A stretch of DNA of 64,000 nucleotides from NCBI GenBank assembly GCA_023621995.1, contig JAMOAB010000031.1, positions 11,951 through 75,950 of the forward strand, written 5' to 3'. Below are positions 13,004 through 22,000 of this stretch, one piece after another. The stretch comes from Bacillota bacterium (GTDB lineage Bacteria > Bacillota > Clostridia > Caldicoprobacterales > Xylanivirgaceae). Numbering within the stretch: position 1 is the first letter of the stretch; each line of letters opens with the position of its first letter. Position numbers and translations under genes: made by a program. Under the pieces are notes generated by a model. The model did no database searches. It had not been told where the DNA came from and saw nothing but the letters and a program-made list of their open reading frames with translations.

Positions 13004-13726
13004 ATGGAAGAATACATGAATATGTTGAGAGATGGCGTAGAAAAAATAGGTGGTTCAACTTTAACCCATGGACAATTAAATATGTTTGGGGAATATATAG
13101 ATATACTTCTTTACTATAACAGGTTTATGAATTTGACCAGGATAACTGATATGGATGAGATAGTAATTGAACATTTTTTAGATTCCCTATCTATAATAAA
13201 CTTTCCAACAGTTAAAGGGGCACAATATATTATGGATATAGGCACAGGAGCAGGTTTTCCTGGTATACCTCTTAAAATTTATTATCCCAATAAAAGCCTG
13301 ACTCTAATTGACAGTCAAAAAAAGAAGATAGAATTTGTAGATAAAGTAATAGAAAAGCTAAAAATCAAAGATATATCTACTGTACATGGACGGGCAGAAG
13401 ATATTGGGCGACAAAAGGAGCATAGGGAAAGGTATGATATTGTAGTATCTAGGGCTGTGGCTCCTCTACCAGTGTTACTAGAGTATGCCATACCTTTTGT
13501 AAGGATAGGAGGACAATTTATAGCCTATAAAGGACCAAATATCTATAAAGAAATAGAAGAGGCTAAAAATGCCATAGATATATTGGGTGTTAAGATAGAT
13601 GATGTGAAGGAAATAAAAGTTCCCTATTCAGATAAGACCCATATACTACTCATATTAAATAAAATTACAAAAACTGACAAGACATACCCAAGGAGTGCAG
13701 GTAAGCCAAAAAAATCACCGTTGTAG
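13004..13726 (+). CDS. rsmG: 16S rRNA (guanine527-N7)-methyltransferase RsmG (GidB)
   Basis: 240 aa with the SAM motif IMDIGTGAGFPGIPLKI. Synteny mnmG-rsmG. The exact start is uncertain (13004, 13016 or 13022). Confidence 0.9.
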   Translation: MEEYMNMLRDGVEKIGGSTLTHGQLNMFGEYIDILLYYNRFMNLTRITDMDEIVIEHFLDSLSIINFPTVKGAQYIMDIGTGAGFPGIPLKIYYPNKSLTLIDSQKKKIEFVDKVIEKLKIKDISTVHGRAEDIGRQKEHRERYDIVVSRAVAPLPVLLEYAIPFVRIGGQFIAYKGPNIYKEIEEAKNAIDILGVKIDDVKEIKVPYSDKTHILLILNKITKTDKTYPRSAGKPKKSPL

Positions 13727-13737
13727 GTGATTTTTTT
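13709..13737 (+). terminator. Intrinsic terminator overlapping the rsmG stop
   Basis: AAAAAATCACC-GTTGTA-GGTGATTTTTTT. The stop codon TAG (13724-13726) sits in the loop/stem. Confidence 0.75.
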
Positions 13738-14033
13738 GTATAATAAGATAGATAAATGACGTAAACAAGCGAAATAAACCGATAAAAAGAGTAATGCGAA
13801 AATAATAAAAAAAACTCGCCCAAAAAGAAGGAATTTAAATCTTTATGGAGAATATTATATGTATAGATGATTAATCACCATAAGTTTACAGTATTGCAAA
13901 ATCTAAACCAACTATAATCCTTTGACAGAGTAAATAAATTTAAAATGATGGAAAGGAAACTATCAGATAACAGGGGAATACAAAAAGCCAAAGGAGGTGG
14001 AGCCCGTTACGAAGAATATGTAACGGCAATGAT

Positions 14034-14870
14034 ATGATATGGTTTAAAGAGATAGGGAATACTGTGCGTGTAGATAATAAATCTGAGGTAAGACGTATAG
14101 AAGAGATTCCAATAGATCTTATAAAACCTAATCCCTATCAACCGAGAAAGAACTTCTCCGTAAAGTCTTTGGAGGAACTTTCAAAGTCAATTGAACAGTA
14201 TGGGCTCATCCACCCAATTACTGTTCGAAAAATAGGGGTAGAAGGGTATGAGCTAATTGCAGGAGAGAGAAGACTGAGGGCTACTAAAATGTTAGGTGCA
14301 CAGAGTATATCTGCCATCATAATTGAAAGCGTTGATAAGGATTCGGCTATGTTAGCTATGATAGAAAATCTGCAGCGCGAAAACCTACACTTTATAGAGG
14401 AAGCTAAAGGCTATGAAAGCTTGATAACAGATCACGGGTTTACACAGGATGCACTAGCTAAAAAACTTGGAAAAAGCCAATCTACCATTGCAAATAAATT
14501 GAGACTTTTAAGACTGTCAGACGAAATAAAAGAAATTATAATAAAAAACAATCTGACTGAGAGACATGCTAGAGCCCTTTTGAGACTTCCAGATGAAGAA
14601 ATTCAAAGAGATGTATTAGACAAAATAGTAAGGAATGGCTTAAATGTGAAAGAAACAGATACTTTAGTAGAGGGTCTCATATATAAGAAAGAAATAAAAA
14701 AATACAGAGAACGGAAGAAGTTTATAAATAAAAACAAGGATTTAAGAATCTTTATCAATACCATAAAAGATGCTGTAGAGATGACAAAAAAGTATGGACT
14801 CAACCCTGAATATATACAGACAGAAGATGAAGATTCTGTACAGATTGTAATACGTATTCAAAAAGGCTAA
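14034..14870 (+). CDS. noc: ParB-family nucleoid occlusion protein Noc-like
   Basis: 278 aa with the ParB N-domain motifs KPNPYQPRK and HPITVRK...IAGERRLRA, and an HTH (QDALAKKLGKSQSTIANKLRLL). It is the first of two ParB paralogs upstream of soj, as in Bacillus noc-soj-spo0J. Confidence 0.8.
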   Translation: MIWFKEIGNTVRVDNKSEVRRIEEIPIDLIKPNPYQPRKNFSVKSLEELSKSIEQYGLIHPITVRKIGVEGYELIAGERRLRATKMLGAQSISAIIIESVDKDSAMLAMIENLQRENLHFIEEAKGYESLITDHGFTQDALAKKLGKSQSTIANKLRLLRLSDEIKEIIIKNNLTERHARALLRLPDEEIQRDVLDKIVRNGLNVKETDTLVEGLIYKKEIKKYRERKKFINKNKDLRIFINTIKDAVEMTKKYGLNPEYIQTEDEDSVQIVIRIQKG

Positions 14871-14907
14871 AAGCCTTTATTTTTTTCATAAAAAGAGATA
14901 TACAAAA

Positions 14908-14923
14908 TGTTTCACGTGAAACA
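14908..14923. other. parS: parS centromere-like site, perfect 16-bp consensus, inside the 50-bp perfect palindrome 14891-14940
   Basis: TGTTTCACGTGAAACA matches the Firmicute parS consensus TGTTNCACGTGAAACA. The flanking arms AAAAGAGATATACAAAA / TTTTGTATATCTCTTTT extend the palindrome and end in a T-run, so it is also terminator-like after noc. Confidence 0.85.
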
Positions 14924-15202
14924 TTTTGTATATCTCTTTTTATTGTAGAAGGTAATAATATCTGGTGTGTTTTATTTATACACATATTAACCATATAAAG
15001 ATGACTTTTTTGCCTTTTATGTAATTTGAATCTTTGCAGGCCAGATACGAGTATGGGCATGGCTACTAAATTACATATGTAGCTTAGTGTAAATTGACCA
15101 AAGGTCACTTCCATTTATATTCTATATATATTTAATATGCTCTGACAGTATGTATATTATTCATATGTTTATAAAAAGTGAATAGAAGAAAGTATATAAA
15201 CC

Positions 15203-15231
15203 TTCACATGTGGCTAATTATGGATTATAAT
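15203..15231 (+). promoter_or_regulatory. Candidate sigma-A promoter for soj-spo0J
   Basis: TTCACA, 17 nt, TATAAT, 62 nt upstream of the soj ATG. Confidence 0.4.
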
Positions 15232-15292
15232 ATATACAATAAGGATAACTAATATAGACACTAAAGATAAATTTATGAGAGGAAGGATCTAT

Positions 15293-16078
15293 ATGCCTAC
15301 AAAGATAATTGCCATTGCCAATCAAAAGGGTGGAGTAGGAAAGACTACAACAAATGTAAATTTAGGGGCATGTCTAGCTGAACAGGGAAAAAAGATACTC
15401 ACTATTGATATAGATCCACAGGGAAATACAACAAGTGGATTTGGAATTGAGAAAGGCGAAGTAGAATATTCTATATACGATGTAATAATAAACAATATTG
15501 ATATACAAGACGCAATTGTAAACACATCTATCCCTAATTTAGATATAGTAATTTCAAACATAGAGCTTGCCGGAGCAGAGATAGAGATGGTATCAATGCT
15601 ATCTAGGGAAACCATATTAAAACGTTCAATTACACCTATTGTGGCCAAATATGACTATATATTCATAGATTGTCCTCCATCTTTAGGTTTAATTACTATA
15701 AATGCTCTGACGGCTGCTCATAGAGTATTAGTACCTATTCAGTGTGAGTATTATGCACTAGAAGGATTGAGCCAATTATTAAACACCATATCACTAGTAA
15801 AACAGCACTTAAATCCTGATTTGGATGTAGAAGGTGTGGTTCTCACTATGTTCGATGCTAGGACAAACCTATCTATACAAGTAGTGGAAGAGGTAAAAAA
15901 GTATTTTAAAGGGAAAGTATATAGGACTATAATTCCAAGGAATGTAAAGCTAGGAGAAGCACCTAGTCATGGGCTTCCCATTATAAAATATGATCCTAAA
16001 TGTGTTGGGGCCCTTGCATATACTGAACTGGCACAGGAATTTATTGAAAATGAGGGAAGGGAGAATAATATTGAGTAA
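15293..16078 (+). CDS. soj: ParA-family chromosome partitioning ATPase Soj
   Basis: MPTKIIAIANQKGGVGKTTT is the deviant Walker A. The ATG at 15293 is preceded by GAGGAAGG; the track start 15275 is probably too long. Confidence 0.95.
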   Translation: MPTKIIAIANQKGGVGKTTTNVNLGACLAEQGKKILTIDIDPQGNTTSGFGIEKGEVEYSIYDVIINNIDIQDAIVNTSIPNLDIVISNIELAGAEIEMVSMLSRETILKRSITPIVAKYDYIFIDCPPSLGLITINALTAAHRVLVPIQCEYYALEGLSQLLNTISLVKQHLNPDLDVEGVVLTMFDARTNLSIQVVEEVKKYFKGKVYRTIIPRNVKLGEAPSHGLPIIKYDPKCVGALAYTELAQEFIENEGRENNIE

Positions 16079-16958
16079 ACGAGCATTAGGTAAGGGTTTA
16101 GATGCCCTCATACCTACTTACGATACAAGATACGAAAGTGAAGGAGTAGAAGATGGAAATCATTTAGCTACTGAGAGTATATTAAACATAAAATTAAATG
16201 ATATAGATCCAAATCCCAATCAGCCTAGAAAGGATTTTGACAGGGATGGGATAGAAGAACTTGCAGTTTCCATCAAAAACCATGGAGTTATTCAACCTAT
16301 AATTGTGAGAAAAACTGGAAAACGTTATATGATAATAGCCGGCGAACGGAGATGGAGGGCTGCGAAATTGGCTGGACTTACCCACATACCAGCAATAGTT
16401 CGAGATCTAGATGAGAGACAGATGTATATGATTACACTGGTGGAAAATATTCAGAGAGAGGATCTAGATCCTATAGAGGAAGCCAAAGGGATAAAAAAGC
16501 TTATGGATGAGTATGACTTAACCCAAGAGGAGATAGCAAACGAAGTTGGCAAAAGTCGATCTGCCATTGCCAATACTATGAGGTTGCTAAAACTTCCAAA
16601 TTGGGTACAAAACCTCATAAAAGAAGGGGCTATTGCCCCAGGACATGGCCGTGCCCTCCTTGCCTTGAATGATAAAGAAGATATAAGGGAAGTAGTAGAT
16701 AGAGTAATAGAGAGAGAGTTAAATGTAAGAGAAACTGAAAGATTGGTAAAGGCATTAAATAACGAGAAGAAAACCAATACACAGACTTCTAACCAAAAAC
16801 CTACATATATAATAGATATTGAGTCAACTCTAGAGGAATGTTTAGGGACAAAAGTAAATATAAATCCTGGAAAAAAGAAAGGCGTTATACAGATAGAATA
16901 TTATAATAATGATGATCTTGAGAGAATTATGGATACAATTACGAAAAGCAAAGTTTAA
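16071..16958 (+). CDS. spo0J: Chromosome partitioning protein ParB/Spo0J
   Basis: SKRALGKGLDALIP..., PNPNQPRK, and HGVIQPIIVRK...IIAGERRWRAAK (the GERRxR CTP-binding motif). The likely start is TTG 16071 after GGGAAGGGAG, with ATG 16050 as an alternative. The track start 15990 lies inside soj. Confidence 0.9.
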   Translation: MSKRALGKGLDALIPTYDTRYESEGVEDGNHLATESILNIKLNDIDPNPNQPRKDFDRDGIEELAVSIKNHGVIQPIIVRKTGKRYMIIAGERRWRAAKLAGLTHIPAIVRDLDERQMYMITLVENIQREDLDPIEEAKGIKKLMDEYDLTQEEIANEVGKSRSAIANTMRLLKLPNWVQNLIKEGAIAPGHGRALLALNDKEDIREVVDRVIERELNVRETERLVKALNNEKKTNTQTSNQKPTYIIDIESTLEECLGTKVNINPGKKKGVIQIEYYNNDDLERIMDTITKSKV

Positions 16959-16970
16959 ACAGAAGGGAAA

Positions 16971-16986
16971 TGTTTCACGTGAAACA
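16971..16986. other. parS: parS centromere-like site, perfect 16-bp consensus, inside the 52-bp perfect palindrome 16953-17004
   Basis: TGTTTCACGTGAAACA is flanked by GTTTAAACAGAAGGGAAA / TTTCCCTTCTGTTTAAAC. It starts 13 nt after the spo0J stop. Confidence 0.85.
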
Positions 16987-17068
16987 TTTCCCTTCTGTTT
17001 AAACAATTCTAAAATAAAAACCAAAGATTGTCTATATATTTAAATATTTTGATAATTAATTACAGCCA

Positions 17069-17770
17069 TTATATATAACCCCTTACAAAATTGGTAAGTA
17101 TATTAGTCTTATAAAAAAACATGGCTAACCTGGATGATTCTATGAGATCAAACAGAAAATCGACTGGTGCTACTGTGAGTATTAAAGGTAAGATAGAGAA
17201 GATGACATACAATATTAGTATTCCTCTCACAAATCCTAGCCCTGCACCCATGAGACTATCCAACTGTTTGAGGACAGGAACCCCTTTTATAACTTTTGCT
17301 ATTCCAATTATAATTGCAAATATCAAACGCACTATAAAAAATATAATAAGAAAACTCAGGATATTTATTATTATATTAGCTACCGAATAATCAAAGTACT
17401 CTCCCAATGTACTTAACCCCTTAAGGGAGTTATTAGCCAAGTTAGATAAAATAACTTTATTAAAAGGGTGGGGAATTTGGGCATTTTCCACAATTCCTGC
17501 CATCTGTTCAGCATTTAAATTCATAACACTTAAACTTTTTTCCTCAAAGCTGGCAAGCCTAGATGAAAAATTTGTATAATAGATAATACTGTCTAGTATT
17601 TGAGTATTAGCTATTATACTTTTAGATACAGTAGGATATAGTAAAAAGCCTAAAATCCAAGAAGCAAAGTATGCTATTATATTCAGTATGGTAACTAGAA
17701 AGCCATTATATATACCTATGACGAGGTTGATTATTAATATGGCCAATATGGCCATGTCTAAAATATTCAT
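17069..17770 (-). CDS. CvpA-family integral membrane protein
   Basis: 233 aa, multi-TM. The MNILDMAILAILIINLVIGIYNGFL N-terminus is typical of colicin V production (CvpA) family proteins. Confidence 0.6.
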   Translation of the reverse strand: MNILDMAILAILIINLVIGIYNGFLVTILNIIAYFASWILGFLLYPTVSKSIIANTQILDSIIYYTNFSSRLASFEEKSLSVMNLNAEQMAGIVENAQIPHPFNKVILSNLANNSLKGLSTLGEYFDYSVANIIINILSFLIIFFIVRLIFAIIIGIAKVIKGVPVLKQLDSLMGAGLGFVRGILILYVIFSILPLILTVAPVDFLFDLIESSRLAMFFYKTNILTNFVRGYI

Positions 17771-18900
17771 TCACTTTCATCCCTTTCTTTCAGAGGGGTT
17801 ATAGAATAAATATTAATCTGGTTATCAGCAGTGTAAATATAGATATTGTCAGGAGAGTGGGGAGTCCAATATATATCTTTTATGTCTGTATCCAGTTCAT
17901 ATTTTTTTTCTATATTCCCTTTAGAATTCAATTTTATGATTGTCTTTTTTCCAAGTATGCCAATGTATCCAGATTGATATCTTTTTAGATGATGCAATCC
18001 CCTAGGGAGTGATGATAGCCTGTATCCACCTTCCTTTGTCAATATCATAGTGTTGTTTTGGTCTTTTATATATATATTGTTAAAGTAAAAAGCCAGACTA
18101 TTATCTATTATCAAAAGTTGATGATTATAGCTATGGGGTATTTTCACTTCCCATTTAAGATTACCTGTAAGATCGTAGCACTGAATTTTATGCAAACCTA
18201 TTACTACAAAAAACTCATCATATCTATGTATTTTGTAAAAGATATCATCATCTATAGATAGTACCCCATATGGCACGTTCATATCTGTAAAATGAAATAT
18301 CTTAGTTGAGGGAAAAGGGTTATCCATGTTTAGTGCTATGATAGATAGTCCTTTTACACTTTGACAATAGTCGCCATCTATATATGCCAGATCCCCTAGT
18401 CCATCTATTCTATATAGTGCATTATTTGATTTCTCCATTATATAAGGTTCTAAATTATTATTTTCTGTTTTAGCTATTAATAGGAGGTTTTCGTCAAATT
18501 CTTTTATATCCCAGGCTTTATTTTGGGGTGCCTCTAAAATAAGTTCAAAGGGGATTTTACTTGTATCATATAGATATTTATCATCTATTATCATATAATT
18601 ATCTGTTGAGCTATCTATAGTAATAGATTCTTTCTGTAATTGATCATTATCATCTATTAATGGCACATCAATAGGATTACCATCAAAGTCGTAAAACCTA
18701 GAGCCTTCCTCATGGTTTATAGCAAAACCAGAACAGAAAAAATGGATGTTATTTGTATCTTTTTTTGTATCTTCTATTGATATAGGAGGAGCTTCTATAG
18801 GTTCTATAACTTTTTCTACGTCCAAAGGATATTGATTTACATAAAAATACCCAAAAACTGTAAAAAATAACAAAACAACAAGTATTACTTTTTTTGCCAT
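17767..18900 (-). CDS. Membrane-anchored hypothetical protein (beta-rich, possibly DUF5711-like)
   Basis: 377 aa with an N-terminal signal anchor (MAKKVILVVLLFFTVFGYFYV). The rest is rich in Y/D/N/I repeats suggestive of a beta-propeller-like fold. The 4-nt overlap with the downstream cvpA-like gene suggests an operon. Confidence 0.5.
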   Translation of the reverse strand: MAKKVILVVLLFFTVFGYFYVNQYPLDVEKVIEPIEAPPISIEDTKKDTNNIHFFCSGFAINHEEGSRFYDFDGNPIDVPLIDDNDQLQKESITIDSSTDNYMIIDDKYLYDTSKIPFELILEAPQNKAWDIKEFDENLLLIAKTENNNLEPYIMEKSNNALYRIDGLGDLAYIDGDYCQSVKGLSIIALNMDNPFPSTKIFHFTDMNVPYGVLSIDDDIFYKIHRYDEFFVVIGLHKIQCYDLTGNLKWEVKIPHSYNHQLLIIDNSLAFYFNNIYIKDQNNTMILTKEGGYRLSSLPRGLHHLKRYQSGYIGILGKKTIIKLNSKGNIEKKYELDTDIKDIYWTPHSPDNIYIYTADNQINIYSITPLKERDESE

Positions 18901-19190
18901 TGAATACCTCCAGTTTAATAACCATTTATATTACTGTAAAGTAAGAATAATATATATAAAACTTAATTTGTTGGAGTTGATCTCAAACTCTACTAAAATC
19001 TACTGTATATAGTAATTCGTCAAAAAGCGTATAAATCCTTCTTAATTTCCTATAGAGCCATATCTTAAATAAAGTGTACAACTACATGTGTATAAATGGA
19101 CGAAAATAGGTCATAAATATATTATAGGCATTGGAAAAAACTACATAGATAGATCTAGGCAAGAAGAGATATTTGGCTAGGAGGTTGATT

Positions 19191-19772
19191 ATGGAATTAA
19201 TGGATAACAAAGTAATAGTCGATATAAATAAACCTTATGCTCTTTCAAGATTCAGTGAAAATTTCACTTCAACATTCAGGGATATATATACGGAGGATTA
19301 CGGACAGATTATAATACTATGTATAGGCAGTGACAGATCAACAGGTGATTGCCTAGGACCACTAGTAGGTTATAAGCTAAGATTAATAAAGTATAAGGGA
19401 GTATCTGTATATGGGACATTAGATGAACCAGTACATGCCAAAAATTTAGAAGAGAAGATAGGTTATATATACAAACATTATGAAAAGCCTTTTATAATTG
19501 CAATAGATGCTAGCCTGGGAGATGTAAACAGCATAGGATGCATCACCATTAGTACAGGGCCTTTAAAACCAGGTGCTGGAGTATATAAAAACCTTCCTTC
19601 AATTGGAGATATGCATATAACAGGCACTGTAAACATGGGAGGCTTTATGGAATTTTTAATACTTCAAAATACTAGATTAAATTTGGTCATGAAGATGGCG
19701 GATACTATAAGTAATGGAATACATTATGGACTTTGGAAAGTATTGCTAGACAGTAAGATAGATGGAATGTAG
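19191..19772 (+). CDS. yyaC: Spore protease YyaC (GPR-like endopeptidase family)
   Basis: IILCIGSDRSTGDCLGPLVGYKL and IIAIDASLG motifs. The ATG at 19191 is preceded by AGGAGG; the track TTG 19173 is probably too long. Confidence 0.8.
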   Translation: MELMDNKVIVDINKPYALSRFSENFTSTFRDIYTEDYGQIIILCIGSDRSTGDCLGPLVGYKLRLIKYKGVSVYGTLDEPVHAKNLEEKIGYIYKHYEKPFIIAIDASLGDVNSIGCITISTGPLKPGAGVYKNLPSIGDMHITGTVNMGGFMEFLILQNTRLNLVMKMADTISNGIHYGLWKVLLDSKIDGM

Positions 19773-19820
19773 GAGACATCCCTTTTCTATAGAAATATAG
19801 TAAAAGAGATGTCTATTATA

Positions 19821-20315
19821 TCATCCCATTGCCTTTGCAATGACTTTTTTTTCTTCCTCAGACAGGGGAAACTTAGATTTCCCGCCTTCTATGAGTTTGG
19901 CATATGTAGTGGAAGCATCTCTACCAAAGAGACCTGTTAAAACTATGCCGTTGTTTTTATTGTCTAGCAAAGCTATGGAATAACTTTGGTTACTTCCTAC
20001 ATTGTCGAATGCATTATATCTAATAATAGCTACTTTTTGAACACAGTTTTGAATTTGATAAGATAGAGATTTATATTCTTGACTTAGCTTTTTTACATCC
20101 TTTAAAACATTTTCCACATTGTCCATATATAATTTAAGCAGAGATTCTAAATCTTTATTATCTACTCCACGCATTAATTCATCATACCGATTTATGATTT
20201 TTTTGGTCTTTATAGAATTTGCAATAACTAAAATTATACTTATGATACTCAAAAACGTTACGGATGCAATTATTTCTAGATAATAGAGTTCTAAAAATTC
20301 AACTATTGTTTCCAT
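19821..20315 (-). CDS. DUF4446-family protein (N-terminal TM plus coiled coil)
   Basis: One TM, then a coiled-coil region, then AIIRYNAFDNVGSNQSYSIALLDNKNNGIVLTGLFGRD, typical of DUF4446 proteins found near parAB/yyaC. The ATG at 20315 is preceded by GGAGGAG. Confidence 0.65.
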   Translation of the reverse strand: METIVEFLELYYLEIIASVTFLSIISIILVIANSIKTKKIINRYDELMRGVDNKDLESLLKLYMDNVENVLKDVKKLSQEYKSLSYQIQNCVQKVAIIRYNAFDNVGSNQSYSIALLDNKNNGIVLTGLFGRDASTTYAKLIEGGKSKFPLSEEEKKVIAKAMG

Positions 20316-20698
20316 TGGAGCTCCTCCCATCTTTTGTATATGACACTTTATATATTATATTATAAAATACAAATATGTTAAAGATAAAAAGTATATAATA
20401 TATAATGTTAGATTTGTAACATATCAAGGTATTCTATGGTTGTATATTATTTACAATTATGAAAGACATAACATGAAGAAAAAACAAGAGATCGTTGAAA
20501 TTAAAAGAGAAAAGGAGTATAATATTGCTAAAATAGTATAAAAAAGCAGTTCGATAAATAAAAAGTATAAATAATACATATCTACATATAATAATAAGAG
20601 ACAAATTCTATTAATATATCTGCTATAGCTAGTTAACCAACTATGATAATTGTCTAAAAGATAGTTCATAAGTGTGTTTGATCGAGGAGGACTAGCCT

Positions 20699-20929
20699 AT
20701 GGATTCTGATATTACTTACATGTTAGACAAGATGAAGGCGAATATAGAAAATTGTGAGATACTTTCCCATATTTTAGAGCACAGGTTAAAAGATAAAAAT
20801 ATAAATATGCAAGAATATATGGAAAAGGGATATACAATTGATGAAATACATATAGGAATAGATATTATAGATTTATACATAAATTTAATTGATTTAGTGG
20901 AAAGTCAACAAAAAGCTATACCACAATAG
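20699..20929 (+). CDS. Small acidic hypothetical protein (76 aa)
   Basis: A strong RBS (GAGGAGG) lies 7-8 nt upstream of the ATG, and a terminator hairpin follows. I recognise no family. Confidence 0.5.
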   Translation: MDSDITYMLDKMKANIENCEILSHILEHRLKDKNINMQEYMEKGYTIDEIHIGIDIIDLYINLIDLVESQQKAIPQ

Positions 20930-20951
20930 AGTACTCTATTGTGGTATTTTA
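20918..20951 (+). terminator. Intrinsic terminator after the 76-aa ORF
   Basis: ATACCACAATAGAGTACTCTATTGTGGTAT perfect hairpin followed by TTTT. It overlaps the stop codon. Confidence 0.75.
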
Positions 20952-21022
20952 TAATTCTGTGCAAATTTAACAAGGAAAAAGAATGGAGTTGACGAATATA
21001 TATATAAGGATGGTGATAGAAG

Positions 21023-22000
21023 ATGAAATTTGTACAGATATATGAGATGTCTCAAAAAATAAAACAAAACATACAAAAAGTAATTGTAGGTAAAGATGAT
21101 GTAATTGAATTAATGATAATTTCATTAATTGCTTCCGGACATATTCTGCTGGAAGATGTACCTGGGATGGGTAAGACACTTCTTGCCAAAGCTATGGCTG
21201 CTTCTATTGATAGCGACTTTAAAAGGATTCAATTTACTCCTGATCTTTTACCTTCTGATCTTACAGGTATAAACTTTTTCAATCAAAAAAAGTCTGAATT
21301 TGAATTTAGACCGGGACCCATATTTACCAATATACTCCTTGCTGATGAGATAAATCGAGCTACACCGAGGACCCAATCCAGTCTCCTTGAATGTATGGAA
21401 GAAAGACAAGTTACCATAGATGGTGACACAAAGAAAATACAAAGTCCTTTTATGGTTATAGCCACTCAAAATCCTATAGAGACACAGGGCACATTTCCAT
21501 TGCCAGAAGCCCAGTTAGATAGATTTTTAATAAAGATAGATATGGGGTATCCAACAACTGAAGAGGGAACTTTAATTCTCAGCAGATTCAAAGATGACAA
21601 TCCACTAGAAAAGCTAGAGCCAGTGGTAACTAGAGAAGATATAAAAATGGCACAAAAGTCTTATTCTGAAATATTTGTATCTCCTGACATATTGGAATAC
21701 ATAGTCAAGATAGGTGAGGCTAGTAGGAAGCATCCTGAAGTGATACTGGGCATTAGTCCAAGGGGGACACAAGCTCTTTTAAAGGCGTCGTCTGTATATG
21801 CCATACTAAAGGGAAGGGACTATGTACTACCTGATGATGTAAAGGCAATGTCAGGACCTGTACTATCACATAGGCTTATATTGAGGCGTGTATCGCGTAT
21901 AAGGGAAGATTATTTAAATTCTGTTTTGTCAGATATAATAAAAGATGTACCGGTACCTTCAGAAGATGACTTTATAGAGGATGGAGAGAATAAAATATGA
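21023..22000 (+). CDS. MoxR-family AAA+ ATPase
   Basis: 325 aa with LLEDVPGMGKT (Walker A), ILLADEINRATPRTQSSLLECMEERQVT (Walker B/sensor), and MVIATQNPIE. Confidence 0.9.
   Translation: MKFVQIYEMSQKIKQNIQKVIVGKDDVIELMIISLIASGHILLEDVPGMGKTLLAKAMAASIDSDFKRIQFTPDLLPSDLTGINFFNQKKSEFEFRPGPIFTNILLADEINRATPRTQSSLLECMEERQVTIDGDTKKIQSPFMVIATQNPIETQGTFPLPEAQLDRFLIKIDMGYPTTEEGTLILSRFKDDNPLEKLEPVVTREDIKMAQKSYSEIFVSPDILEYIVKIGEASRKHPEVILGISPRGTQALLKASSVYAILKGRDYVLPDDVKAMSGPVLSHRLILRRVSRIREDYLNSVLSDIIKDVPVPSEDDFIEDGENKI

Noticed and set aside
14800-15114. 104-aa minus-strand ORF across the noc 3' end and the noc-soj spacer, and the similar 16842..17024 ORF
   Set aside because: Both exist only because they read through the parS palindromes (VSRETF in both). 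They overlap real genes and have no RBS.
20331-20698. 368-bp AT-rich spacer with a 70-aa minus ORF (20457..20669) and a 22-aa plus ORF (20472..20540)
   Set aside because: Neither has an SD. The 70-aa product is a low-complexity L/Y/F/I string. This is most likely just the divergent promoter region for the DUF4446 gene and the 76-aa ORF.
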